This document shows positions 7,328-16,009 of a DNA stretch of 32,000 nt, piece after piece; the first letter of the stretch is position 1, and each line of letters opens with the position of its first letter. Origin of the DNA: Halogeometricum borinquense DSM 11551 (lineage in GTDB: Archaea > Halobacteriota > Halobacteria > Halobacteriales > Haloferacaceae); NCBI RefSeq assembly GCF_000172995.2, contig NC_014729.1:570001-602000 (forward strand). Direction: 5' to 3'. Both the position numbers and the translations under genes were made by a program. The notes below the pieces were generated by a model that was not told the DNA's origin, did no database searches, and worked only from the letters and a program-made list of their open reading frames with translations.

Positions 7328-8572
7328 ATGAGCGTAAACCTCCAGCGGCTTGGACAAGCGGAGGTACCGGAGATCGCCACAACACTTCGTAACGCTGGCA
7401 TTTCGGGTGCTGGTGGGGCGGGATTCCCGACGTACGCGAAGTGGGAGCGCCTCGATGAGGTGCCGTTTCTCCTCGTAAACCACCAGGAGAGCGAGCCGAT
7501 CTACTACATCGACAAGTGGCTGGGCAAATCCCACACTGCGGATTTCGCGTCGTTGTTCGACGCGCTCCTCGAAGAGACGTTCGAGGTAATCGTCATCTGC
7601 GCCAAGGAAACCGACCGGGCGCAATGGATGGGAGAACTCGAAGCCGCCTTGGACGGGACGGTGTACACGGCAGCGCAGTTACCGATCGATCCGGCTGACG
7701 AGTCGGGTATCGTGTTCGCCTACACCGACGACAGATACGAGTACGGAATGGAGAGCGTCCTGCTCAGACTCGTCGCTGATGTCGTCCTACAGAACGAGCT
7801 ACCGATGGACCACGGGTGGATTGTGCAGAACACCGAGACGATGTTCAACGTCCTCCATGCGTTGGACGAAGGCGAGGCCGTGACGCAAAAGTACGTCCAC
7901 GTCGATGGAAACGTCCCACGTCACCGCTTCCTTTCGGCTCCGGTGGGAACGCCCGCTACGACGCTGCTCGAGGCCGCGGGGAGAGAGTCCACGGAACTGG
8001 ACGACGGCGAAACGCTTGCTGACGGGGGTCCCGGTTGGTGCTTCGAAGTCGAGGTATCGCCAACCGAGTTCGGCGTCAGTAAGCGAACGAACTGCGTGCT
8101 CGCGCTTGACGAAGACATGGTCGCCGACAATACCCTTGGCGACGGTCGAGTCAACGTCCTCAACGCCTACGACTGGTCGGGCGACCACGAAACTGAGCCG
8201 ACGACAGTCGAACCGGATGTCGTTCGTATTCCGCTCATCACCAACCCGGACTTCGGCGATGTCGTTGCAAAGAGCCGTCCAATCGTCGAAGCGGGAGCGG
8301 AGGTTACCGAAGGGGAGATGATCGCTGTTCCGGCGCAGGACGGAATTAGCAATAGCCAGCACGCGTCCATCGACGGCACCGTCGCTGCCGTGACGGAGAC
8401 GCACATCGAAATCCGCCGTGAATCAAGTGAGGAGAACGCGGCTGGTGATCTGCTGGCTCACGACCGGATGGTCTACTGGACGTGGTGTACGGAGTGCGGT
8501 GCCTACATCGCCCGTCCCGAGTGGGAGCACCTGGGTGCGGGAACGGAGTACGTTTGCAAGGACTGCCGCTGA
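7328..8572 (+). CDS. RnfC/NuoF-family (Complex1_51K + SLBB-like) protein with a C-terminal RnfC_N-like barrel and a zinc ribbon; no Fe-S cluster motifs
   Basis: GAGGAGFPTYAKW ... LLVNHQESEP matches the NuoF/RnfC nucleotide-binding signature. YEYGMESVLLRLV resembles the FMN-loop region. PVGTPATTLLEAAG..GGPG..TNCVLAL is SLBB-like. IPLITNP..VEAGAEVTEGEMIA...HASIDGTVAAV is RnfC_N-like. The terminal motif is CTEC-x19-CKDC. Confidence 0.8.
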   Translation: MSVNLQRLGQAEVPEIATTLRNAGISGAGGAGFPTYAKWERLDEVPFLLVNHQESEPIYYIDKWLGKSHTADFASLFDALLEETFEVIVICAKETDRAQWMGELEAALDGTVYTAAQLPIDPADESGIVFAYTDDRYEYGMESVLLRLVADVVLQNELPMDHGWIVQNTETMFNVLHALDEGEAVTQKYVHVDGNVPRHRFLSAPVGTPATTLLEAAGRESTELDDGETLADGGPGWCFEVEVSPTEFGVSKRTNCVLALDEDMVADNTLGDGRVNVLNAYDWSGDHETEPTTVEPDVVRIPLITNPDFGDVVAKSRPIVEAGAEVTEGEMIAVPAQDGISNSQHASIDGTVAAVTETHIEIRRESSEENAAGDLLAHDRMVYWTWCTECGAYIARPEWEHLGAGTEYVCKDCR

Positions 8573-8677
8573 GCTAACAGACACGAGACCCTGGGTGTCT
8601 TCCTGCCGTACGCACCCGTGGGTCTCCGACACGTCCGCCACAATAGACGGCGGTCGGTACGGTGCTGACAGCCGTTG

Positions 8678-8848
8678 CTAGTTGTTCAGTGAGTGAGTGA
8701 TGTCCGACCGAATCCAGGCATTCGCGTTGGTCTTGTCACAGACGACGTAGCTTGCTCCGTCCTCGTAGCCGGTAAAATCGTCCAGATCGGGCGCCTTCGA
8801 CTCCGTCGATTCCGCGATTTTCTCGTGTGATTCAGTATCAGTACGCAT
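8678..8848 (-). CDS. small acidic protein (56 aa)
   Basis: The ATG is at 8846-8848 (MRTDTESHEKI..). The C-terminal ..YVVCDKTNANAWIRSD.. shares an N-A-x-x-W-I motif with the small ORF at 14938-15042. A 9-bp-stem hairpin (8860-8886) lies just upstream. Confidence 0.5.
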   Translation of the reverse strand: MRTDTESHEKIAESTESKAPDLDDFTGYEDGASYVVCDKTNANAWIRSDITHSLNN

Positions 8849-9077
8849 AGATGTTTGAGTGAAACGACAGCTCGACCGTCGTTTCAAGCAACTATCCCCG
8901 TCAATGGAAGTCCGAGTTAAATGGTCTGCGGCTAGACAGTGCTAGTGTGTATATATACCATCCACTACCGCTGGACTACAAACGGATGTGAAACTAAAAC
9001 CGGTTACAAATATCTGGTATACAGTCGGATTCGGTTACTGAATACTTTGATTGGTTGGTACGACGTGTCGTACGAGT

Positions 9078-10184
9078 ATGTCGCTCTCGGCCGGCGTATT
9101 CGGTTCAGAATCCCCGAAGTTCTCGGTCGGAGCGTTCACCGGCGCGATAGGAGATTCGGTTACGGTACTCCCCGTCGTCGTCGCTATCGCGGCGTTGACC
9201 GAGCTATCGCTCTCACACCTCCTCTTGGGATTTGCTGTCTTTCAGGTCGTCTGGGGCGTTCGTTACGGTCTCCCCGTCTCCGTTGAACCGATGAAGGCGT
9301 TGGCCGCGCTCGTCATCGCGGGATCGCTTACCACGGACGAACTCGTCGTTGCTGGACTACTTGCGGGCGTGATCCTCTTCACCGCCGGTTCGACCCGAAC
9401 ACTACGTCGAGTGAGCCACTACGTCGGTGAACCCGTCGTCCGCGGCGTCCAACTCGCAGTCGCACTTCTGTTGCTCGAAACCGGCATCCGACTGAGCCTC
9501 GGAAGCCCCGCTTTCGCTACCCTTGCGGTCGGCGTCGCCGCGATAGTATCGGTCGCGGGATACCGCCGAGCGAGTGCGTTGGTCGTCCTCGCCGTCGGTT
9601 TCGGTGTCGTGATTCCGCAGACCGGTCTCCCGACGCCGCACGTTCCGAACGTAACGTTCGTGCTTCCGTCCCTGTCGGCCCTCTCGTCGTCGGCGCTTGA
9701 AGGAACCGCGGCGCAGTTGGCGATGACCGTCGGCAACGCCGCCGTCGCCACTTCGTTGCTCCTGTCTGACTACTACGACGCCGACGTGTCGCCGGACGAA
9801 CTGGCGACGAGCATGGGCGTGATGAACTTGCTCGCCGTCCCGCTCGGTGCAGTGCCGATGTGCCACGGGAGCGGCGGTGTCGCCGGGAAGTACGCCTTCG
9901 GCGCGCGCACTGCGTGGTCGAATATCGTCCTTGGCACGCTGTATGCTCTCGCTGCCGTCTTTGCCGTCGGCATCGTCGCCGCATTCCCGCTCTCGATGCT
10001 CGGCGTCGTCCTCGCTCTCGTCGCCGTCGAACTCGGACGGGCGGGGTTCGACACCGACGCCCGCTGGTTTGCTGTCGGCGTTGGGCTGCTCGGCGTTGTG
10101 GCCAACGTCGGCGTCGCATTCGTCGTCGGCGTCGTCTGCTACATCCTTTGGAACCGCCGTTCGGATGCGACGACGCCGGTTTGA
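9078..10184 (+). CDS. polytopic membrane transporter, putative sulfate/molybdate transporter (MOT1-like)
   Basis: About 10 hydrophobic segments. The N-terminal GAIGDSVTVLPVV...GLPVSVEPMKALAA matches my recollection of the MOT1-type family, so the family assignment is recollection only. The ATG is at 9078 (MSLSAGV). Confidence 0.65.
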   Translation: MSLSAGVFGSESPKFSVGAFTGAIGDSVTVLPVVVAIAALTELSLSHLLLGFAVFQVVWGVRYGLPVSVEPMKALAALVIAGSLTTDELVVAGLLAGVILFTAGSTRTLRRVSHYVGEPVVRGVQLAVALLLLETGIRLSLGSPAFATLAVGVAAIVSVAGYRRASALVVLAVGFGVVIPQTGLPTPHVPNVTFVLPSLSALSSSALEGTAAQLAMTVGNAAVATSLLLSDYYDADVSPDELATSMGVMNLLAVPLGAVPMCHGSGGVAGKYAFGARTAWSNIVLGTLYALAAVFAVGIVAAFPLSMLGVVLALVAVELGRAGFDTDARWFAVGVGLLGVVANVGVAFVVGVVCYILWNRRSDATTPV

Positions 10185-10279
10185 TCGACTATCGTGATGA
10201 TATTGCGACAGAATAGCATGACACGGCCATCCGTGCCGGAAACGGTACCGGTTAGTGGGGACGACGCACTCTTGCAGTC

Positions 10280-11038
10280 GTGTCCTTCATCCCACCAGAG
10301 GTTCGCCGCGGTGTCCGCGACGTAAGTCCGATTCTGGTCGGTATCATTCCGTTCGGTCTCGTGGCTGGCGTTGCGGCCGTCAACGCCGGACTCTCGCCAC
10401 TCCAAGCGGTGGGGCTTTCTGTGGTCGTTTTCGCCGGTGCGTCGCAGTTAGCCATCATCGACCTGTTGGGACAGAACGCCGAACTCGTCGTCGTGTTCGT
10501 CACCGCCGTCGTCATCAATCTGCGGATGATGATGTACTCGGCGTCCATCGCGCCGCACTTTCGGCGCGTCCGGTCGCGGTGGAAGGCGGTTTCGTCGTAT
10601 CTGCTCACCGATCAGGCCTACGCGCTCTCTATCGCTCGGTACAATGAGGGAGCGCCAGCGGAACGCCCGAACTCGAACGAGCGGCGGAACTACTACCTCG
10701 CCGTCGCGGCGTCGTTGTGGATCGTCTGGCAGGTGTGTACGGTTCTTGGTATCCTTCTCGGTACCGGTGTCCCCGATGCGTGGGGGCTTGAGTTCGCCGT
10801 CCCGCTCGTGTTTCTGGCACTCCTCGTTCCGTCGGTGTCGAATCGCCCGCGTCTCGTCGCGGCCGTTGTCGGCGGCGGCGTCGCCGTCGCAGGTGAAGTC
10901 GTCGTCGTTGGCGGCTCGCCCGGACTGCCGTTCAACCTCGGTCTCCTCCTCGGCGCGCTCGCGGGCGTCCTCGCTGGCGTCGCCGCCGCGGCAATCGGCG
11001 ACGAGGCAGTCGAAACCGAAGAGGAGGTGAGTCACTGA
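10280..11038 (+). CDS. azlC: AzlC-family branched-chain amino acid exporter subunit
   Basis: PILVGIIPFGLVAGVAAVNAGLS...FAGASQLA is the AzlC signature. It has a GTG start and is stop/start coupled (ATGA-type overlap at 11035-11038) to the azlD-like gene. Confidence 0.85.
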   Translation: MSFIPPEVRRGVRDVSPILVGIIPFGLVAGVAAVNAGLSPLQAVGLSVVVFAGASQLAIIDLLGQNAELVVVFVTAVVINLRMMMYSASIAPHFRRVRSRWKAVSSYLLTDQAYALSIARYNEGAPAERPNSNERRNYYLAVAASLWIVWQVCTVLGILLGTGVPDAWGLEFAVPLVFLALLVPSVSNRPRLVAAVVGGGVAVAGEVVVVGGSPGLPFNLGLLLGALAGVLAGVAAAAIGDEAVETEEEVSH

Positions 11039-11412
11039 TGCCGACGGAGTACGGCCCGCTTTCGATTTGGGGCGTCGTCATCGCTGTCGGCATCACCACG
11101 TTCGCCATTCGCGCGTCGTTCATCTACCTGTTCGGCCGTATTGACACCGTCCCGCCACGACTGAAACACGCGCTCCGGTACGTCCCGCCTGCCGTGTTCG
11201 CCGCGCTCGTCGTTCCGGCGCTCGTTGTCAGTGAGGGTTCGGCCCACTTCGCGCCGATTTCGGTGTCGCTGTCGGACCTCTCTGTTGCGGTGGGCAACGA
11301 ACGGCTTCTCGCGGGTATCGTCGCGGCCATCGTCGCGTGGCTCGCAGAGGACGTATTCGCCACCATCGCCGCCGGAATGGTGACGCTGTGGGTCCTCCGG
11401 TTCGTCGTCTGA
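11038..11412 (+). CDS. azlD: AzlD-family membrane protein
   Basis: 124-aa protein with four hydrophobic segments directly coupled to azlC. An SD-like GAGGAGGTGA lies 8 nt upstream. Confidence 0.8.
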   Translation: MPTEYGPLSIWGVVIAVGITTFAIRASFIYLFGRIDTVPPRLKHALRYVPPAVFAALVVPALVVSEGSAHFAPISVSLSDLSVAVGNERLLAGIVAAIVAWLAEDVFATIAAGMVTLWVLRFVV

Positions 11413-11479
11413 AATCACTCGTTCCGGACTCGGCGCCGGAGTAAAAACGAAAATCGCGTTCCGCGCCGTTTTGCGGCGT

Positions 11480-13417
11480 TCAGTCGTCTGCGGGCGCGGG
11501 GCTGTCGCCGGATGAGACGCCCGTGCCCGGACCGATATCGATGCCGAGTTCTTCGAGGCGTTCGTCGGGGACGACGCCGTCCACCCACTGTCGCCGCGCG
11601 TAGTACTCTTCTTTCATCTCGTCGAGTTCGCACAGTTGGCCGTCCGAGGCACCCTGTCCGGGGATGGCTTCGTCGCCTTCGAGGAAGCGGCCCGGAAGCG
11701 TATCGTCGGACCCGTCGAAGCCTGCGAGGTTGTTGTAGTAGCGTTCGAGCGTGTAGATGCGGTCGCCCGTCTCCATCAGTTCGTCCTCGGTCACGTCGCG
11801 GCCCGTCATCCCGTTGTACTGTAAGACGTACTCCTCAATTCCCTCCGCGAAGGCGTTGAACTTGCAGATGTCGAACGAGTCGGAGATGGCGTGCATGTCT
11901 TGGAACAGGGCGCAGAGTTCGCCTTTACCCTCCCACTCTCGCGGGTCCACCTTCTCGGGAATACCCATAATCTCGGCCGAGGGCGTGTATCCGCGCAGGT
12001 GACACGCGCCGCGATTCGAGGTGGCGTAGCCGATTCCCATGCCCTTCATCGCACGCGGGTCGTACGCCGGGATGGTCTGTCCTTTGACAGAGAGTTTGTT
12101 GTCGTGTGCGCCCTTTTCTTCGGCGACGCGTTCTGCTCCGTTTCCGAGGAGTTCACCAAGTTCGCTCTCTTGATGGGCGATGTCCTCCAGCACGTCCATC
12201 ATGTGCTCGACATCGCCCCACTCGATGTCCTCGTCCACATCGTCGAGTTTGCCCTGCTCTGTCATCTCCATCGCCATCGCAATCATGTTGCCCGACTCGA
12301 TGGTGTCCATCCCGAGATCGTTGCACATGTCGATCATGACGGCGATGCTGTCGCGGTCGTCGTTCATCGAATTCGGGCCGAGAGCGAACGCGGACTCGTA
12401 CTCGTAGGACTCACCGCGGACGTTCAGTTCCTCGCCCTTCCGTTCGTAGGTGACTTCGACCTCTTTCTTGCAGGCGACGGGACAGGAGTGACAGGTCGGT
12501 TCGTCCACGAGGATATTCTCACGAACGTTCTCACCAGACACTTTCTCCGCCTCGATGTTGGGGTCGTCGGGGCTTCCTTCTGCCTCCGAGTGCGTCGAGG
12601 TGTACCGGGCGTTCCGCGTCGGAAGCCCGTCCATCTCCTCGGTCAGGTTCATCAGGACGTTCGTCCCGTACAGCGACAGGCCACCCTCGTTCGGGCCGGT
12701 CACGTCGGACTCGCGGATGAGTTCCATCGCCTGCTGATAGCCCTTCGTGAACGTCTCGGGTTCGGCCGGTTTCGGCATCTTCGTTCCCGACTTGACGACG
12801 ACGGCTTTGAGACCCTTCGACCCCATCACACAGCCGGTTCCGCCGCGTCCCGAGGCCCGGTCGTCCTCGTTTATGATGCAGGCGTAGCGAACTTCATTCT
12901 CGCCTGCGGGGCCGACGGCCATCACTGAGAGGTTCTTGCCGAACGCCCCTTCGATCTCCGATTCGAGCGTCTCCATCGTCTCGTGGACGCCTTTGCCCCA
13001 CAGATGGGAGGCGTCGCGGAGTTCCAGTTCACCGTCTTCGACGTAGGCGTAGACGGGATCTTCGGACTTGCCCTCGAACAAGAGGCCGTCGAACCCGGAC
13101 CACTTGAGCCGCGCACCCGACCACCCGCCGTGGTGTGAGTCGGTGACTGTGCCGGTCAGCGGCGATTTCGTACAGACGGCAATGCGACCGCTCATTGGTG
13201 CCTGCGTCCCGGTCAGCGGTCCGTTCACGAACGCCAATAGGTTGTCCGGCCCCATCGGGTCCACGTCCGGCCCTTGGTCGAAGACGTATTTCACGCCGAG
13301 GCCGCGCCCGCCGATGTACTTCCGCGCGTCCTCGTCGTCGATTCCTTCGTACTGCACCTCCCCCGACGAGAGATCAACCCGCGCTACGTGGTCGTTGAAT
13401 CCGCCTTGGTCTGTCAT
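11480..13417 (-). CDS. aor: aldehyde:ferredoxin oxidoreductase (tungstopterin AOR family)
   Basis: 645 aa. The N-terminus reads ..VDLSSGEV..E.IDDEDARKYIGGRGLGVKY. Also present are ..TGCVMGSKGLKA.., the Cys-containing cluster region and GIGYATSNRGACHLRG, typical of AOR. Confidence 0.93.
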   Translation of the reverse strand: MTDQGGFNDHVARVDLSSGEVQYEGIDDEDARKYIGGRGLGVKYVFDQGPDVDPMGPDNLLAFVNGPLTGTQAPMSGRIAVCTKSPLTGTVTDSHHGGWSGARLKWSGFDGLLFEGKSEDPVYAYVEDGELELRDASHLWGKGVHETMETLESEIEGAFGKNLSVMAVGPAGENEVRYACIINEDDRASGRGGTGCVMGSKGLKAVVVKSGTKMPKPAEPETFTKGYQQAMELIRESDVTGPNEGGLSLYGTNVLMNLTEEMDGLPTRNARYTSTHSEAEGSPDDPNIEAEKVSGENVRENILVDEPTCHSCPVACKKEVEVTYERKGEELNVRGESYEYESAFALGPNSMNDDRDSIAVMIDMCNDLGMDTIESGNMIAMAMEMTEQGKLDDVDEDIEWGDVEHMMDVLEDIAHQESELGELLGNGAERVAEEKGAHDNKLSVKGQTIPAYDPRAMKGMGIGYATSNRGACHLRGYTPSAEIMGIPEKVDPREWEGKGELCALFQDMHAISDSFDICKFNAFAEGIEEYVLQYNGMTGRDVTEDELMETGDRIYTLERYYNNLAGFDGSDDTLPGRFLEGDEAIPGQGASDGQLCELDEMKEEYYARRQWVDGVVPDERLEELGIDIGPGTGVSSGDSPAPADD

Positions 13418-13647
13418 AGGTAACTATCTATGTTTATATTCGTCCTAGAATGAGTTAGTGATTCTCACACGAGAGTAATCGCAACCGGTTACGTTCGATG
13501 AGTAACTGGCCGAGGAGACGGCGGTACGGCACCGACATTTCCGGTGGTTTTGGCCGGTAGTTCTGGTTTCACTAATTTCGTTTCGTTGTCACGTATTCCG
13601 GCGGCGCAGGCGAAGCGGATTTACGCGCACGTCGGATACGACCGGTA

Positions 13648-14724
13648 ATGAGTCAGCCGAGCCCCGAAGTCTACGAACGGGGGAAGGGCATGGATGCCCA
13701 CAACCAAGTGATGCGCGAGATCCGCTCGCGCAAGGACCGGACGTACGACCCGCACGAACCCACACGCGTCTGGTTGGACGAAGACAACACGCCGGACGGC
13801 GTGAAGCAATCGCTCACGATCATCCTCAACACCGGCGGGTGTCGCTGGGCGCGCGCCGGCGGGTGTACAATGTGCGGTTACGTCGCAGAATCAGTCGAAG
13901 GCGGAAGCGTCGCCCACGAGGCACTGATGGACCAGATACAGGTCTGCCTGGACCACGAAGCGGAGAACGCTGACGACCCCGCAGACCTCATCAAGATCTA
14001 CACTTCCGGCAGTTTCCTCGACGAACGCGAAGTCGATGCGGAGACGCGCGCGGCCATCGCCGAGACGTTCGGTGACCGCGAGCGCATCGTCGTGGAGTCG
14101 CTTCCTGACTTCGTCGAACGCGAGAAGTTAGAGGACTTCACCTCACAGGGTCTCGAAACTGACGTCGCTATCGGACTGGAGACGGCGACGGACCGCGTGC
14201 GTCACGACTGCGTGAACAAGTACTTCGACTTCGCGGACTTCGAGGACGCCTGCGCCGAAGCCGGTGCCGTCGATGCGGGCGTGAAGGCGTATCTCCTGAT
14301 GAAGCCGCCGTTCCTCTCCGAATCGGAGGCTCTCGAGGACATGAAGTCCTCCATCCGACGGTGCGCCGGGGTTGACCACTGTCACACTATCTCGATGAAT
14401 CCGACGAACGTCCAGCGCTACACGATGGTGGACGAACTGTACTTCAACGGCGGTTACCGTCCGCCGTGGCTCTGGTCGGTGGCCGACGTGCTGGAATCGA
14501 CGGCTGACGTGGACGCCATTGTCGTCTCCGACCCGGTCGGCCACGGCTCCGACCGCGGCCCCCACAACTGCGGAGAGTGCGATGATCTGGTGCAGAAGGC
14601 CATCAAGGACTTCGACCTGCGACAGGACCCGAGCGTGTTCTCACAGGTGTCCTGCGAGTGCGAAGGCGCTTGGGAGGTTGTGCTGGAAGAAGAGACGTCC
14701 TACTCGATGCCGCTCGCGCGGTAG
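13648..14724 (+). CDS. radical SAM protein, TIGR01210 family (archaeosine-biosynthesis RaSEA-like)
   Basis: The Cys triad GGCRWARAGGCTMCGY follows LTIILNTGG. Length is 358 aa, and the N-terminus is highly conserved-looking. The family assignment is from memory of haloarchaeal RaSEA annotations. Confidence 0.78.
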   Translation: MSQPSPEVYERGKGMDAHNQVMREIRSRKDRTYDPHEPTRVWLDEDNTPDGVKQSLTIILNTGGCRWARAGGCTMCGYVAESVEGGSVAHEALMDQIQVCLDHEAENADDPADLIKIYTSGSFLDEREVDAETRAAIAETFGDRERIVVESLPDFVEREKLEDFTSQGLETDVAIGLETATDRVRHDCVNKYFDFADFEDACAEAGAVDAGVKAYLLMKPPFLSESEALEDMKSSIRRCAGVDHCHTISMNPTNVQRYTMVDELYFNGGYRPPWLWSVADVLESTADVDAIVVSDPVGHGSDRGPHNCGECDDLVQKAIKDFDLRQDPSVFSQVSCECEGAWEVVLEEETSYSMPLAR

Positions 14725-14937
14725 TTATTTAGCGAACAACCCGAAGTAAGCGGAGCCAACTCGTGACCAACCCGGAGTAGGCAGAGACCAACCCGGTTGC
14801 TAAGGTTCGATTACGCCCCTCGAAGGCGGTGGGTAGTGATAGTCGTTCCCGATTTCTCTCAGTGTGGGTGCGGCGGAACCGCGAAAGGACCGTGTACCCG
14901 CGCGCCTGTGCGGCGTCGCACCCTTCCGATAAAAACC

Positions 14938-15042
14938 ATGTACAAGACCGTATACTACGCAGACGGCTGGGTCGAAATCCGCGAGTCGGACAACGCCGAT
15001 GGGTGGATTGCCACGAGTTCTCCCTGCGAGGTCACTCAGTAA
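14938..15042 (+). CDS. possible micro-protein (34 aa)
   Basis: MYKTVYYADGWVEIRESDNADGWIATSSPCEVTQ shares the N-A-x-x-W-I motif with the protein at 8678-8848. There is no other support. Confidence 0.25.
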   Translation: MYKTVYYADGWVEIRESDNADGWIATSSPCEVTQ

Positions 15043-15123
15043 CGCGACTCGTTTAGTGCGTCTCTCGTTTTGTGGGTGTCGCCAGCGTGTCGCAGGTTGC
15101 CGTCAGCGTGTCGCAAACCCCTC

Positions 15124-15912
15124 CTACTTGCTCTTTCGAACGCGGTAGAGATACTGTGTGAAGTTGAAGAACGTCGCTCCGTTCTCCTCGTGTTCACGGA
15201 GGTCTGCTACCCACGCAGATGCCTCGTCGGAGCCGATGCTGTCGTGGTTTGCGGCGTAGTCCTTGATAAACTCCATCAGGTGGTAGGCGAAACTCTCGTC
15301 GTTCAGGCGCGTTTCGAGCATGGTGTTCGGTTCGACTCGTTCGATTGTCAGTCCCGCGTCCCGTAGCAAGGGCGCGAGACGCGAACCCAGATGGGGCCAC
15401 GGACAGTGGTCGTCGAACGCGTCCAGAACCCGTTCCATCCGCGCGGGGTTTGGTGACCGCCACACGAGCGAGTCGAAGTCAGCGTCACAGACGACCGCCC
15501 TCCCACCGGGCCGGAGAACCCGAGCGAGTTCGTTGACCGCCGCGTCAACCCTGTCGAGATACTCGAATACCTGTACGGCGACGGCGGCATCGAATGACTC
15601 GTCTGCAACCGGGAGGTCGAGGGCATTGCCCTTCGACAGCGCCGCCTGCGGGAGGTCGTCGCACCGCTGATTCGCCAGTGTGAGCATGGCCTCGCTACGG
15701 TCGATACCGTGAACATATCCACTCTCACCGACTGCTCCGGCGAGTTCGGCTGGCTCAAATCCGGGTCCGCAACCGATCGAAAGTACTCGATCACCCCGTT
15801 GTAGGTCGAGCGTCTCTCTGACGAGTTCACGCCGGTCGGCCGCCGCTTGTGTCCGGTATATCGCCGCCTCCTGTCGCGCTTCCTTTTCGTCGTACTCTAG
15901 TGTATCACCCAT
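15124..15912 (-). CDS. class I SAM-dependent methyltransferase (Methyltransf_11/UbiE-like)
   Basis: Motif I is VLSIGCGPG and the post-I acidic residue is in GIDRSEAM. Motif II/III are FDAAVAVQVFEYL and LRPGGRAVV. Confidence 0.85.
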   Translation of the reverse strand: MGDTLEYDEKEARQEAAIYRTQAAADRRELVRETLDLQRGDRVLSIGCGPGFEPAELAGAVGESGYVHGIDRSEAMLTLANQRCDDLPQAALSKGNALDLPVADESFDAAVAVQVFEYLDRVDAAVNELARVLRPGGRAVVCDADFDSLVWRSPNPARMERVLDAFDDHCPWPHLGSRLAPLLRDAGLTIERVEPNTMLETRLNDESFAYHLMEFIKDYAANHDSIGSDEASAWVADLREHEENGATFFNFTQYLYRVRKSK

Positions 15913-16009
15913 GACTCTCGCCGACAGTCAGTTCAGAGTACTGTCAAAAAGTGTTCTCGGTTGAACGGCGGACGGTCCGACTCACCCGACGCTCGGATCG
16001 AAATCCGGC

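Noticed and set aside
9517-10119. 200-aa Arg-rich minus-strand ORF
   Set aside because: It is antisense to the polytopic transporter and its composition is implausible.
11891-12928. 345-aa plus-strand ORF
   Set aside because: It is antisense to aor and has a His/Arg/Val-rich shadow-frame composition.
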